Assembly: GCF_009914755.1 (NCBI RefSeq) | Contig: NC_060936.1 | Length of the DNA: 64,000 nt | From: the human T2T-CHM13v2.0 reference genome, Homo sapiens | Direction: 5' to 3' (one strand) | Shown: positions 1 through 13,488 of the stretch, in pieces | Position numbering within the stretch: position 1 is the stretch's first letter | Layout of the letters: every line of letters begins with the position of its first letter | The notes under the pieces: model-generated | Database searches by the model: none | What the model was told of the DNA's origin: nothing | What the model saw: only the letters and a program-made list of their open reading frames with translations | Position numbers and translations under genes: made by a program

Positions 1-3000
1 CACAATTTCAGTAATAAAACACAATTGGAGTGGCAGTTATAATCCATAGGTGATAATTAAAAGAACAATTACAATGTAGTGTTCAATACAGAAAGTGGTG
101 AGTAAAAGGGTGGCCAATAACCCCAGCCACAACATCTTCCTTAATCAGAAAGGCAATAGCTTTATAAAAAACCCACACTAGTGTTCCATTAATAAGACTT
201 CTCCATGGCATATGGCCATTCACTGCATTAAGAGAGACTGTGAATGTGAGTATTAAGATAAGCCTGTTCTGGATTAATTTTAGCATTCCATCTTCAAGAG
301 AAACTGAGGGAATGAATAATGAGCAAATTATTAAAACAGGTATTAAATCTGCATTCATTAAATTTACAGATTTCAGAGACTGATAACATCAATAGAATCA
401 AAACATTTAAATATCTTATAGTTGTGAATAATGAATCAAATTTAATATAGCATAAAGAATGGAAAGAAGAAAAATAATATTTTATATATCCTTTGTGCTA
501 GACAATTTACATACATTTTCTTATTTAAGTGATCAACTGAGATTCAAACACAAGTTCATTGAATTCTAATTTTCATATACTTTCTACTATGCTTCATGTT
601 GGAATTTTTTATTTTTTCATTTTAAGGTAAGGAGGGGCATAGACCTAAGCTCATACAATTATGTGATTTTTTAAAAGTAACAGCTCAGGTAGAAGTTCAT
701 TAAAAATCATTTGAAGAATGTTTAGAAAGCTTAGTTTACTGTAAGCTCATTATAAGCCAAGATAGTAAGATAACCAGAAATTTCATATGCACTCTGAGGC
801 TATCTAAATAGAATAACTTCTATCAAACTTTCTATCAAAAGGGAATTCTTATGTGGTGTACTAGCCAACTCACATGCAAAGCATAGTGATTATGGTTTTT
901 ATAAGCCACATATTCATATGTGCAAAAATCAGAACTGTCGGTTTTCATTTATATTGGAACTTCATGTTTATTTCAACCTTCTGCCAAAAACCTAATTTAG
1001 TCATTGCTAGAAAAACTAAATAAAATTCAAAGATATTTTTTAATTGTGTTAGGTTTAAAACTCCAAGCCCAATTTCCCTTCTCCCTGGGGTTATTTCTGA
1101 GTGCCTATCTTATATAATTCTATGATATCAGTAGAGAGGTTGTGAAATGGTTAGACTTAGATCAGTCTTATTCAGTCCTGAAACATACACTACTAACTTT
1201 GATTTTGGGGATTGCCTCCCCCTGATGTTTGCTGAAAGGACAAATATTCTGCTGGCTTCCAATCTCTAAATTCAGTAAGTTATATATAACTCTGTCTCTA
1301 TTCAATCCTACCACCTGCAGACCATAGCATCCTTCTTTAAATGAATTTATCTGCCCTCTTTGGAGGAATAGGGAAGGTAACATCCCAGTCAATTTTAAAT
1401 CCCAAGAGAAATTCAGATTCACCTTATTCAGAAATTCTTTGCTCTTGATCATTTATTTTCCTCTCTGAGGCTGCTGATTCTAGAATATTAAATGGCCTAG
1501 AACACATGATCATGTTTATGCCACCTAAGGGATTGTCACTAAAGACACTCTTCTATGAAAGCTATGAAAGTTTGTTCTCTCCCTGGATTCTCTCTACTGC
1601 CCACAATAAAAAAAACAAGCAAACAAACAAATCCCCCAGACTAAAACATCTTAGCAATGGGAATGGAGATCATCTTGTGGGGAAGGTATATTCTCAGTCT
1701 TATCAGGAGCTCATCTTGACATTAATAAATATATTAACTCTTGTGGCATGTGAAAGATCAGGAAAAACAAAGGTAGAAATAAAACTACTGAGAAAATGAA
1801 ATATGGCTTTAGTGGACAATACAGTACTAAATCAAAGACAAGCTTTCTCTCTTTCTTGGTCCTTTTTGTAATAAATAGTTTTCCCACTCATTTAAATATT
1901 ATTATTTCAAATCAGAATTTTAAAAATTCAAGTTATATATATATATATATATATTTTACACCTGATCTCTATGGTGCTGAAACTGAATTGTATGCATCCC
2001 AGTAAATTAATTTAATGAATTCCCACTGCTGTTTAGGGAAAAGTACATTGAGGACTGCACTGTTTGTTTAGGAAATACAATTTGCAAATATCTGTCCTAA
2101 ACTATCTTTTTTCATGATGATACAGCTCAGACAGCTCAGAGATAGGCTTTGCTGCCAACGTTATGGAGGCAATCACTGTAAGGAAAATTGTATATATTGT
2201 CCACAAACATTATTATACTAGGGCTGGGAAGTTCTCTTTACTACAAGAAATCTCTTTAAGCCTTTGTAAATGGTACATTGTACTATGCAAGAAGCAGATT
2301 TCAACAGAAAAGATAAAATTTCTCTCTTTGTGTATATAACAAAAATTAGAAACATACATTCTTCAAAAAGAAATGCAATCATGAGATATACCAGCTGTGG
2401 CTGTAATAAACACCTGAGACCTGTAACTCCTAAGTCCCAAAAAAGTTACTGGTCTCTTCTTATAAGAGGGTAAAACATACGGCTTTCTTTGGATAAACTA
2501 TTTTTACTAATTTGGTAACTTCCAAGGCATTTTAATCCTCTAGAAAATAGTGTAAATCTTCTATTTTGTTTTTAAGGTTAGTTTAGTTGTTTTTTTTCAC
2601 AATTCATAGGTGATAATTAAAAGATCACTTGAACTCCATTAGGTCCTCCACTTAAAAAAAAGTACCAGTCACATTCCCCTGAATAGAAACCTATAATATT
2701 TTAATAGTTCATTAGAAACCCATCTATACCTAGCTTAAGTTCTGCAAGTAAGAAACCTGGCAGCACTGGCTTCTTCTTGAGGAATTCAAAGTCTCTCTTA
2801 CTACAAACGTAGTGGTCTCATTACGTGAGTGAGATATGGACATTGTGTTTAAGATTGTCAAGGCATAGCAATATGGAGGCAATCATATAGAGAGCAAAAG
2901 GTAGAGAGCTGAAGATGACTGGTGTTGTGAAACTTGAGAACAAAGGGACAGTAACTTGGAAACCTATTAAATAGAAGAGAGAGCAGAGAACTCCACTGAG

Positions 3001-4599
3001 GACCAGAAATGGGGGAAGTATCTTTATAAAGGACCTATGTCTGCTGCCTCCTGGGATGCTCTGGCCTTGTCTATTTATTTATTTTTGTTCACTCTGTTGG
3101 TTTCATGTTTGGATGAAGACTGGTAAATAAATAATCTTTAGTTTGCTATGGTATCAGTTGATACTGTAGTCCTTGCTATTGCCCTGTGGCAGGCCCTGAA
3201 GTTTGTATAACTGCTATCACGGTATAGCTTATATTTCAGGTGAATATACAGGGCATTCAATGAACAAAGTATATGTGGAGGCATGTTGGGTTCCCTTGCT
3301 TGTTCCCCCAGCATAACTAAAAGTGGTGGTCTCAGACGGCTCAGAGATAGGCTTTGGTGCTAACTGTATCCCAATCTCCTTTCTGATGAAGTTTCTTAGG
3401 CCTGGAGTTCTTCTTCTTCTGTGCCATTAAGATATATGCCCATTGTGTTCCCAGCTGGTATCCTTAAGAAAAAAATGATTTTTTCCTAATAGATGAATTT
3501 ATCTTCAGGCATAGTTGCTGTTTCTCAAGATCCATGGATGGAATCTTTACAAACTTCAAAGCAAGGATTCTGGTTAGCTCTAAGGTATTTATAGACATGC
3601 ATAAGAATTTTTTCCCCTTTGTGGCCTGAGCATATCAAGCAAAGAATCAGAAGAGACAATTTAAGTAAACTGCCCAAGAGCAAATAACTCATGAGTAACA
3701 GATATGAGATTCAAACCTAGACAACCTAGTTGTAAAATCTGTGATTTAAAAAGTTAATTGTACTTCACACTAATGGTCTTTCATGACACTTCTCACAGTT
3801 GCAGTTTTGCCTTTGTGCCATCTTCATGGTCAGCACTCAAAGATTTGTTGAATAAATAAATAAACCTCCATATACAGGAAGGTTGAGCAAAGACGCAAGT
3901 GAATATAGTGGCAGCTGATATTTAAGGAAAGCAGGTATGGGCATACCAACGTAATGGGTTGTCAACTGCAGAGGATATGTGAGGCTCCCAGGACACCGGC
4001 AGTCACTCAGTGTAAGCGAGATCAGGCATAACACGATGCATATGAGCCATGGAAGTGGAGTTTAGGATAAATTTCATTTCCCAGGAAGTCAGTAAAGCTT
4101 ACTGAAAGTTAGAAGTAACCTAAAGTAGCTGAAATTGTGTGAAAACATATACTTGGACTTAGTAAAAACTATCAAGGACTCAATCATAAAATGAATTCAT
4201 CAAGCCAGAGCCAGAAAAACAAGAACGTGTATTTGTTTCTGAGTTGCAGTACTGTATTCACCTGCCAAGAAAATATTTGTTCTGAAAACCCAAGGAGCCA
4301 GAGAATTGGAGCTAGACATCAATAATTTTTTAATGCATCATCTCAATCTGGTACCACTGATAAATTCTTAATCAAATTCAATGCTTGTGGAATGGAAATT
4401 TCTGGTAATTTGAGTTCTTGGTTAATTGCAAAACTTGCCTCAAACATTTTTGAACAATGTCCTATATTATGTCACAAAAATTTATTCTTAAAATCTTATG
4501 TCTTAGTAGATTAGTAAAATAAAATGCAATTTATTTCACTATATTTTAAATATAGTTTATTAAAAAATTACTGGCTAAGCTGAATCCTCATTTATTATT

Positions 4600-5120
4600 T
4601 AATTCATTCAGTATTCAAATTATTCATTAATCATTCAACAAGCAATTATTTTGTTAGCTTCTGGGAATAAGATAATAAAAAATGTAGGCGTTATTGCTAT
4701 CCTCAAATATGCAGCCTAGTGTGAGAGAAAGAATAAGATAGGATGTTGTAGCAGAGTGTGAAAATCACTTTAACAGGAACATTCAGGGTGCTATAAGAAC
4801 ATGTAAAGGAGTGCATGACTCATTCCAGAGTAGTTATAAAAAAGTTCCCAAAGAAAGTAACATTTAAGCGATTATATAAAACATGAGAAGAATTTGCTAA
4901 ACAAAAATAGGTAGAATGTTCATGACAGAGAGGACAATATAAACCAAAGCTCAGAAATGAGAACAATTCTAATGAGTTTGAGAAACTAAAGGAAGTTTAC
5001 CATAAATAAAGTGTTGGTGACAAGGCAGGCAAGGCAGGGAGAATGGTGAGAGATTAAGCTATATGTATAAGAAAGAACAGATCAAAGTACTAACTAATCC
5101 TATGCCAGTTATATTTAACA
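4600..5120 (-). mobile_element. L2 LINE fragment (3' end), highly diverged
   Basis: Begins with the L2 3'-end signature ATTCATTCA/TCATTCAACAAG, followed by typical antisense L2 body; boundaries approximate. Confidence 0.6.
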
Positions 5121-5485
5121 ATATCCAGATGTCAAAGGATGCTACCAAAGGTGTAGTAGAAGTGGGATAGTTATAAAGTATCTGTTTTAATTGGTGGAAG
5201 GACAGCAACAAGTGGAAATTTTCTACAGAGTGTTTCTTTAACCAAGGGATCAGCAAAGGAGGCAGAGGATCCAAATCCAGAGAATTAAATGAAAAAATAA
5301 TAGTGTGGTATTATAGAATCAATACAAAACATCAAGTTGAATCAGGACTGGAAAGGATAAGGATACAGAATAAATGGAAGACATCAAGTTGAATAAGGTC
5401 TATAAAAATAAGTTGAGCAAGTGAGTGATATTACATTTATATTTCATACAATTTATTCAGACTTCAGAATTGGAAATGAGAGAGC

Positions 5486-5870
5486 TAAACGAAATGTGTT
5501 ATATGCATACAAAGGACTATTATTCAGCCTTTAAAGGATGCTTATCCTGTGACATGCTATAACATGGATCAAATTTGAAGAAGTTATGCTAAGTGAAGTA
5601 AAAGAATGTCACAAAAATGATAAACACAGTATGATCCCAGTTACATATCTAAACTAGTCAAATACATAGGAAAGTAAAGCCATGGTTATCAAGGGCTGGG
5701 AGAGGGAAAAATGGGCAGTTAACACAGTTTCAATTTTGTAAGGTGAAAAATTATGCAGATCTGTTGCACAAAAAATGCAACTATAGTAAAACTACTTGAA
5801 TGTACACTTAAAAGTGATTAAGATGGTAAAGTCTATGTTATGTTTTTTATCATAATTTATAAATATTTTA
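5486..5870 (+). mobile_element. L1MB-type LINE-1 3' end fragment
   Basis: tattcagcctttaaagga...ttatgctaagtgaa...cacttaaaagtgattaagatggtaaa matches old L1M 3' UTR. Confidence 0.75.
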
Positions 5871-6846
5871 AAAGAAATATGAAAGGTACAACAATAATAA
5901 TACTCATAAAAATCCAGATGAGAAACCTGGTGACCTGACCTTGAGTAGCACTAGTGTCTATGAAGGAAAGTCATTATATTCAATATTTTTTTTGAAGTAG
6001 AATTAATTTGACCCATGACATTCATTGCTCTAGGGAAAGTAAGATGCAGAATTAATTTGAGAAAGAAAATGGTAATTTCACTTTGAATATATTGGGTCTG
6101 AAGTGTCCATCAGACATCCATACATATAGAAAATATGTTTATGGACCATAAGAAAAATGTTAGCTGTTGAAATAAAGTTGAGGGTCACCAACATTCAACA
6201 GTTACCAATATTCTTTCTGAAACAGACTTTTCCATGGCATTAGTTCACTGTAAGAATGATCCCCAATCGGAAGGCAAGAATCCTCTATGGGAGACAATAT
6301 TGTGTAAAGTCGTGAAGAAGCGACATATAATTTGGAAATACCTTTTGATGAATTTGAATGAATTTGATCTAAGCCTTCTCTTTTCCAGTGGAAGATACAT
6401 CACCCTCTTGCCATTTGAAATAACTGATTGATAGCAATTAAAAGAATGGCAGGAGATGAGGTTATTTAGCAGAATTTTGTTGAATGAGAAAAGAGCTAGG
6501 AGAGAATCCTGAGGTACATTAAAATGTAAGAAATGGATAGAGGAAAAACTGTCCTTTGTTTTGAATAGAATTCCAAAGCTCCAGTCCCGTTCTCTAACTT
6601 TTCTCTGTAGCAGCTTATTTTACAACTGAGGTTAGGTAGGGGTAAAAATTAGGAGAAGAGAGATAGTCTGGGGGATTCGGGAGACACAAAATTCTATAAA
6701 CAATTTTCTTTGTTTTGCTTTGATTTGTGTTTGTTTGTTTTGTTACTCTTCCTTCTTCCTTTTCACCCCATGGAATTAAAAGCCAAATGAGGACAATGCT
6801 GCCCCAGTAGTGTACCAAGGTGCTCCACCAAATTCACAGAGGTGCT

Positions 6847-7200
6847 GTCAAATAGAAATTGCACCAGATAAGTTCAGCAGTACTATTGCAACATGGGAAA
6901 AGAGACTGAATTCAGTGGGCTGGGGAAGGCAGATCCATCCTTAGTCTTGTGGGCATGATCTAATCAGCTTCCAGTGAATATAAAGCAGGTTGAAAAATGT
7001 GAAAATGAGAGACAGGCTGGTGGTGTGCCCTCAGCAGACTGGAGAGGCCTTAGGAGAGACTGAATTCAACTTTGCTGAACTAAAATCCTATAGTGTGCCT
7101 TGGTCAGCTAATGGAAATTTACTGAGGGCATTACAGGGGGGGTTGGTCAATGTGATTAGGCCATCTGTGTTTGCTAACTGGCAGTTATTGAAGTGAGGCT
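6847..7200. mobile_element. ERV1-class LTR fragment (MER31/MER67-like), interrupted by an MLT2A piece
   Basis: ggttggtcaatgtgattaggccatctgtgtttgctaa motif recalled from MER4-group LTRs; agagactgaattca duplicated at 6901-6914 and 7055-7068. Confidence 0.4.
6912..7018 (+). mobile_element. MLT2A (HERV-L LTR) internal fragment
   Basis: tcagtgggctggggaaggcagatccatccttagtc...atctaatcagcttccagtgaatataaagcagg matches MLT2A consensus. Confidence 0.7.
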
Positions 7201-7204
7201 TATA

Positions 7205-7287
7205 TCCCCAGCCCACTGACTCAAATGTTAATTAATGCTTTGTATCCCTGAATCCAATCAAGTTGACACTCAGTATTAACCATCACA
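7205..7287 (-). mobile_element. MLT2A (HERV-L LTR) 5' end with internal deletion
   Basis: Reverse complement begins tgtgatggttaatactgagtgtcaacttgattggatt, the MLT2A LTR start. Confidence 0.8.
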
Positions 7288-7812
7288 ATTGTGGTAAGAA
7301 AAAAATTAATAAAATATTAAGAACAGAGGCCAAATTGCAATTGGTGAAGAATAATATGAAAAGAGGAAATAATGAGAAAAACATATACATATAATGAGAA
7401 AAACATACATAACTATAGAAGTGTGACTTTGAAGGGAATTAACTAGTGCTTTAACTGAACAAGGAATTAGAGTTAAAAGAGGCCATGGGATATGAAGTAG
7501 GTATAAATGTTAACTGTAAGAAACAAATAGGAAAAAGTTGATGTATAGTTAGACATATAAGTATATATAGCATATCTTATATAACATATAAGCTCATTTT
7601 AATGGAAGAAAATGGAAAAAATTTATAGTTAATTTTAAACATCTCATTTTATACATATCATCAAGATGTATAAAATAGAATGTTCTTTTGTAGGAAAGAG
7701 GCAGAGTTTAGAGCTTTGATGAATGGGAAGAAATTTATAAAAAATACATTGGAAACACTAGAGAGAGACTTATTTAATAAAATGCACTACTTGAAGACTT
7801 AATTGAGAGTAC

Positions 7813-8151
7813 TCATGTGGTTTGGCTGTGTCCCCACCCAAACCTCATCTTGAATTGTAGCTCCCATAATTCCCATATGTCATGGGAGGAACCCAGTGGT
7901 AGGTAATTGAATCATGGGGGCAGGTCTTTTCCATGCTGTTCTCATGATATTGAATAAGTCTCACAAGATCTGATGGTTTTATAAATGGGAGTTCCCTCAC
8001 ACAAGCTTTCTCTTTGCCTGCCACCATGTAAGACATCCCTTTGCTCTTCCTTTGTCTTCCACCATGATTGTGAGGCCTCCCCAGCCATGTGGAACTCTGA
8101 GTCAATTAATCCAGTATGTCTTTATTAGCAGTATGAAAACAGACTAACACA
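7813..8151 (+). mobile_element. THE1 (THE1B/C-like) MaLR solo LTR
   Basis: ggtttggctgtgtccccacccaaa...ccatgattgtgaggcctccccagccatgtggaact...cagactaacaca; 5-bp TSD agtac/attac. Confidence 0.9.
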
Positions 8152-8220
8152 ATTACAGACAAAAAAAAATTAATCCCAATTTTTAGAGTTGTCTTATTTT
8201 CCCCACCAGGGCTCAGCAAC

Positions 8221-8665
8221 TGTATTATTGCTATGTAACTAATTACCCTAATCCTTAGCAGTTTAAGATAACAAACTGTTATTATGTGCCAGGAATCTGT
8301 GGGAAGCTTAGCTCTGTGGCTCTTGATCAGAATCTCTCATGAAGTTGCATTTCAGTTAGTTTCTGAAGAGTTGATGAAGGTTGAAGGCTTCCCTTCCATG
8401 CTTATTCAGAGGGCTGTTGCGTGAGGCTTAGTGAAGCTTCCCCAGGAGGACCTTTCCATATTGCTGTTCACAACATGGATTTCCCCATACCAAGTGCTCA
8501 TAGAGAAGATAGAATAGAAGTTGTAGTGACTTTTTGATCTAATCTTAGAAGTTACATATTATCACTTTTGCCACATCCTATTCTCACACAGACCAGTCCT
8601 AGTCCATTATGGGAGGAGACTGCATACCAAAAGCTGCAGATCTTCAGGGTGCAACTTAAGGCTAG
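8221..8665 (-). mobile_element. Old MLT1 MaLR LTR
   Basis: attgctatgtaactaattaccc...ttagcagtttaagataacaaac...atctaatcttagaagttacat, typical antisense MLT1. Confidence 0.6.
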
Positions 8666-11600
8666 AAAAAGAGGATGCAGTCAAATCCACACAGAAGAAT
8701 ACTGGAGTTGGATAATAAGGGAGTCAAAATAGTGGAGTTGGGTAACTAAAGGATAGGAGTCTTAATTTATTATTTCAAGGACCAGAACAAGGGGGAAGGC
8801 ACCTTCATTGGTTGTTGAAATGATGTGTGGAAAATATATTTGACAATGATTAAAATGAAATTGTTAAGTCAGGATAGCAATTGACATTGTATGGAAAGAA
8901 AGACCATTAAGTTCTAAAGTCTTTATTAGAAAAAGTGACAAGAGTTTAAGACAAAGATGAGGAGAAGGTATTTTTAGTTAAGTGGACTAAGTCTCAAAGT
9001 AACAGCATTTAATTATCACTCTCTACTCATAAGTAAGTAAATGAAACAGCCTGGAGGCATCAAAGCAGAAAAACCGTAGGTCACAATTTTGGTGTTCATT
9101 GAAGGTGGGGCTTGAAAAGACTTCATGGCAAGCAATTTTTTCATTAACAGATCATTGCTCAAAGAAGAACAAAAATGAAGAGCCTGAGGATTTAGGGAAA
9201 ACTATTATCCATAAACTAGGATTTTCAGAGAGCATGTTTTGTAGGATTAGAAAAAATCAAATAAGAGCAAGAGTACAGCAAAGGTGCAAGGTAGAGTATG
9301 GGTAGAGTGTGGTGATGGCCTAAAGGGTTTCAGACTGGGGAGTGCTCAAAGATTAAAAGAATGTAAGACAAAGTGGAATTAACTGGCTGAAAATTTAATA
9401 AGAAAATTATTCTCAGCATCCCACCAGCCCCTTGGTGTCTGAGGGTAGAGTATGTAGGCTATAAAACTCCCTCTGAGTTTCAATCCTCTCAGGATTCAGT
9501 TGCATCCCTGGATGTTATTCTTCTAATACAGTTCAACTTGGTAATAAATACAAATTCCCTGATATTTGGGAATTTTTATATGAAAATACCACATAATGCT
9601 CAGTAGCTGAAGTGACCAGAATTTCTGTAGCAATGGTCAAGCCTCTAGTGTGTCATAAGACTCTGAAATAAATGCAAAGCTTAGTAAAACAACATAATCT
9701 ATATGATATATGGTTGAGGTTGGGGGCACAAACCTAATATAACAGTATCGAGGAAAGATAAATCAATTGTGAAAGGTCAAAGGTGTATTCTACCACATGC
9801 AAATTTGAAATAGCTGGAAATGATTTTTAAAGCCACTGACTTTCACTGAGCTAATGTTTTTAATTTGCTACATTATTAAACTTTTTGACAGTGATGGTAG
9901 TAGTGAAAAAATGAAGAGAAGTAATTCAATAATTACGTCCATTTTTAAAGGATAATTCAAGTACTCTATTAAAATACTCACTTCATAATAAGGCATTCAT
10001 TATTTTGACATATTTGTAAACTGTAAGTTTCTTAGAGCACAAACTATGTTTAATTTACATTTATAGTTTTAGTGCTTAATATAATACCTAACCCATCACA
10101 GCCCAAAGTCAGTATGCAAGAGATATTTTTTTATTGCAAATTTTAAGAAACGAAAAAATCTAGTCAAACCTCTTGCTAAGTTACAATAGTCACTTTAAAA
10201 GCTAGAGGGAAAAAAACTAGACTGTTCACTTTGCTGACTCAGTGTTTATTCATTGTATTTGTATTTTTCTGTGTATGTGTTTTTCTGTCAATTTAGCTTC
10301 ATTGTATTTTGAAGATTAGATTCTACCAAAGGCAATTGAAAACCATTCCCACTTTATTAGGAAAGAGCTATTTGAATCCTGATTCCCATCTTGAAAATAA
10401 AAACCACCTTCTAATTTCTTTTAGAGATAGATATAAAGCATATCTGAAGATTTTATTAGTATCATTTTGCTATTATTAGTAATTACTTACATTAGTAAAA
10501 TAACTAAGTTCAGGTAATTGCAAAAAGTTGGCAATCCCCTGGGCTTATCTCTCTTCTAATATTTTTCCTCATTTCATGAATTTTCTAGTGTTGCAAACTT
10601 AATTGTGATGTAAATTAAATGAAAATAGGTTGCAGATTGTTTGGGGACTTGTATTTTTCAATTCTTAATGATCACATAACGAACACATACATATGAATTT
10701 CTCTTAACAAGATTTTTTTCAATGCATCAGTATTTTTATCATTCCAACCACCCTCAATCCCCAGCTTGGAATTTCAATAGGAAAATAAAGCCTACAAAAT
10801 GAAAACTAAAATCAATCTTCTTTTATTTTGGAACAAATTAAATTCCCCTTCTCAAGTAATGATTTTTACCTTAAAGCCATGATAACTATCTTGTTGCTCT
10901 GTCAAGGTTTCTCACCTCCTTATCTTACAACAATTAACCTTAATAATCCCCTCACTTTCAAACCCTTCCTGATTTATGGCTCTTTAAGCACTTCTGTTAA
11001 GCTTGATCATTTACTTACACTTGGCCTCTAATAGAGTCAGTGTCACTTTGAAGATTGTAAATGGATTCTGCTGAAATCAAGTTCTTCAGACACTCCTAGA
11101 CCAATGTTTTGTTATGCTTTGTTTTTTCCTTCTGGTAATTGATATCTGTGAAATATATTTGTATCATGTTTTTGTAGTTCCCTAATCATAATGAAAAGAC
11201 ACTAAATTTGAATTTTTTTTTATCTGGTCCTCCAATGTTTGATAATACTAAATACATAGATAAAGGGTGTGGTCTCATACTTTAAAAATATGTGTTTCAA
11301 TGTGAAAATTACATTTCCAGAGTCTCAAGGGAAGTTTTGTGCTTAGCAATTTTATCTATGTGGATAGGTTAACTATTGTCCTAATATTCTTTAGTATTTC
11401 TAGCCACTAAAGCGTAATTTTACTACTTAAGTGCATGGCACTTATTATAGAGCAATGCCTTTTTTTTTTTTCAGACAGTGGACCCCCAATTGCCCTATGG
11501 GAAAATGAGAAAAACTTTTCTGGATTCACTTTAAGCTTTATAACTATCATTGGTTTTATGTATTTATTTATTTATATTTATATTTATATTTATATTTATA

Positions 11601-11819
11601 AATGACTACATATGAGTATACATACATATATGTTATATCTATATCTATATATCTATATATATCATTGTACTTCTATGGAAGTTGCTGAACAGAACTTTAG
11701 CTAGCCAGATGAAAAGAAGTAAGGCTGTAATAAATTAAAAGTTGAGGGTTTTTTTATTCTTTTTTTCTAAGATTATACTAGCTATTGATTAAAGCCATTT
11801 TAGATCTCACAATGTCACA

Positions 11820-12050
11820 AACAATAACAGTGGCACCTACTATTATGAAATGAGTACAATATATGCTAAACACTCTACAAAGTATTTTAAGTGTTTGAAC
11901 TTGTTTTAATTTTATAAAAATTCTATGAAGTGGGTATTATTAACCTTTTATAAGAGAAGAGGGAATATATTCTAAGTCAAGTAACTTGCTCAGTATCACC
12001 ATGACTAATAAATTGTAGGGCAGGAATTCTGACTCAGATGTATTGCATGT
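11820..12050 (-). mobile_element. MIR SINE
   Basis: ctatgaagtgggtattattaacc...aagtaacttgctcagtatcac antisense MIR core. Confidence 0.55.
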
Positions 12051-12133
12051 TATACTTATAAGTATTGTAAGTATAAGAGAAAATAAATATGAAGGAAAAC
12101 ACAAATCCTAGATACAGAGAGATTCTCAGAAGT

Positions 12134-12153
12134 AAAAAAAAAAAAAAAAAAAA
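12134..12153 (+). repeat. Isolated poly(A) run (about 20 A)
   Basis: Seen directly; no attached SINE body recognised. Confidence 0.9.
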
Positions 12154-13089
12154 GCTTCTCTTTGTCAAGCTCAAGGAGATTGTTACCTTGCTTTTAGATA
12201 ATAAATTGGTGCAAAAGGAAACATCTAGTTTCTGTTAAACTTTTAATACATGTTTACTTTATAATATATTTACATTCTATTGATATTAAGAAAGTATACC
12301 TTTATCAGTTCATATATTGCTGTTAACATTTGTTATGATGCATATTTTGAAAAAAGCTATTACTACAGATTTATGAGAGTCATAGCAAAAGGGTTTATAA
12401 CTGTTGTCCTGGAACCTGAAGATGGAAGGAGGGGAGAGAAGCTGCTGTGAAAATGTTGTATATAATCACTTGCATGTGAGCTTATACAAGCACTGAAAAG
12501 GGACCTATCCTATACTTTCTGATTTCATAAATGATTTAAAGAGGTCTATAAGTATTGATGACATCTCTTTTGATACTATAAACTAAAAGAATTATGAGGC
12601 TGTAAAATGGATTCCAAGTCAAGGCTAGGAAATTAAAGAGTCAGTGAAATGTATATGAGAATCTGTTTCCACCTGAGGGCAAAGAACAGAGGTGTTAAAA
12701 CTGAAGAATGAAAGGTTACAAAGAATTCTCCTCTAACTTTGCTTCTATACCCTCACATATAAGCTGGATTACAGGACCATACCATACTTTACAACAGAGC
12801 ACAGAGCAAGGAAAGAAGATATATTTGCGGTGAACAAAAAGAGACCAAGTGTTATTGTGTTTCATATTCTATAATGTTGTTTGGTGCAGAAAATAATCTT
12901 TCTGAAGTAAGATTCATACATGTTCATACTCTTCAAGACATGAATTCTATTGTAGTTCTCATCTCCGCTTTATGATTATATAGTAAATAGGTCAACAGAT
13001 CTCAGCATTTCAACTCTGAATAAAAGTAAGATTGACTTGTGTCTCATTTATCTTTTTTTGCAAGAACAACAACCAGAAGCTACCATTAA

Positions 13090-13488
<399 letters not shown>

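Noticed and set aside
2126-3364. CRISPR-like repeat-spacer array
   Set aside because: Only pairwise matches with irregular spacing, eukaryotic context and no cas genes
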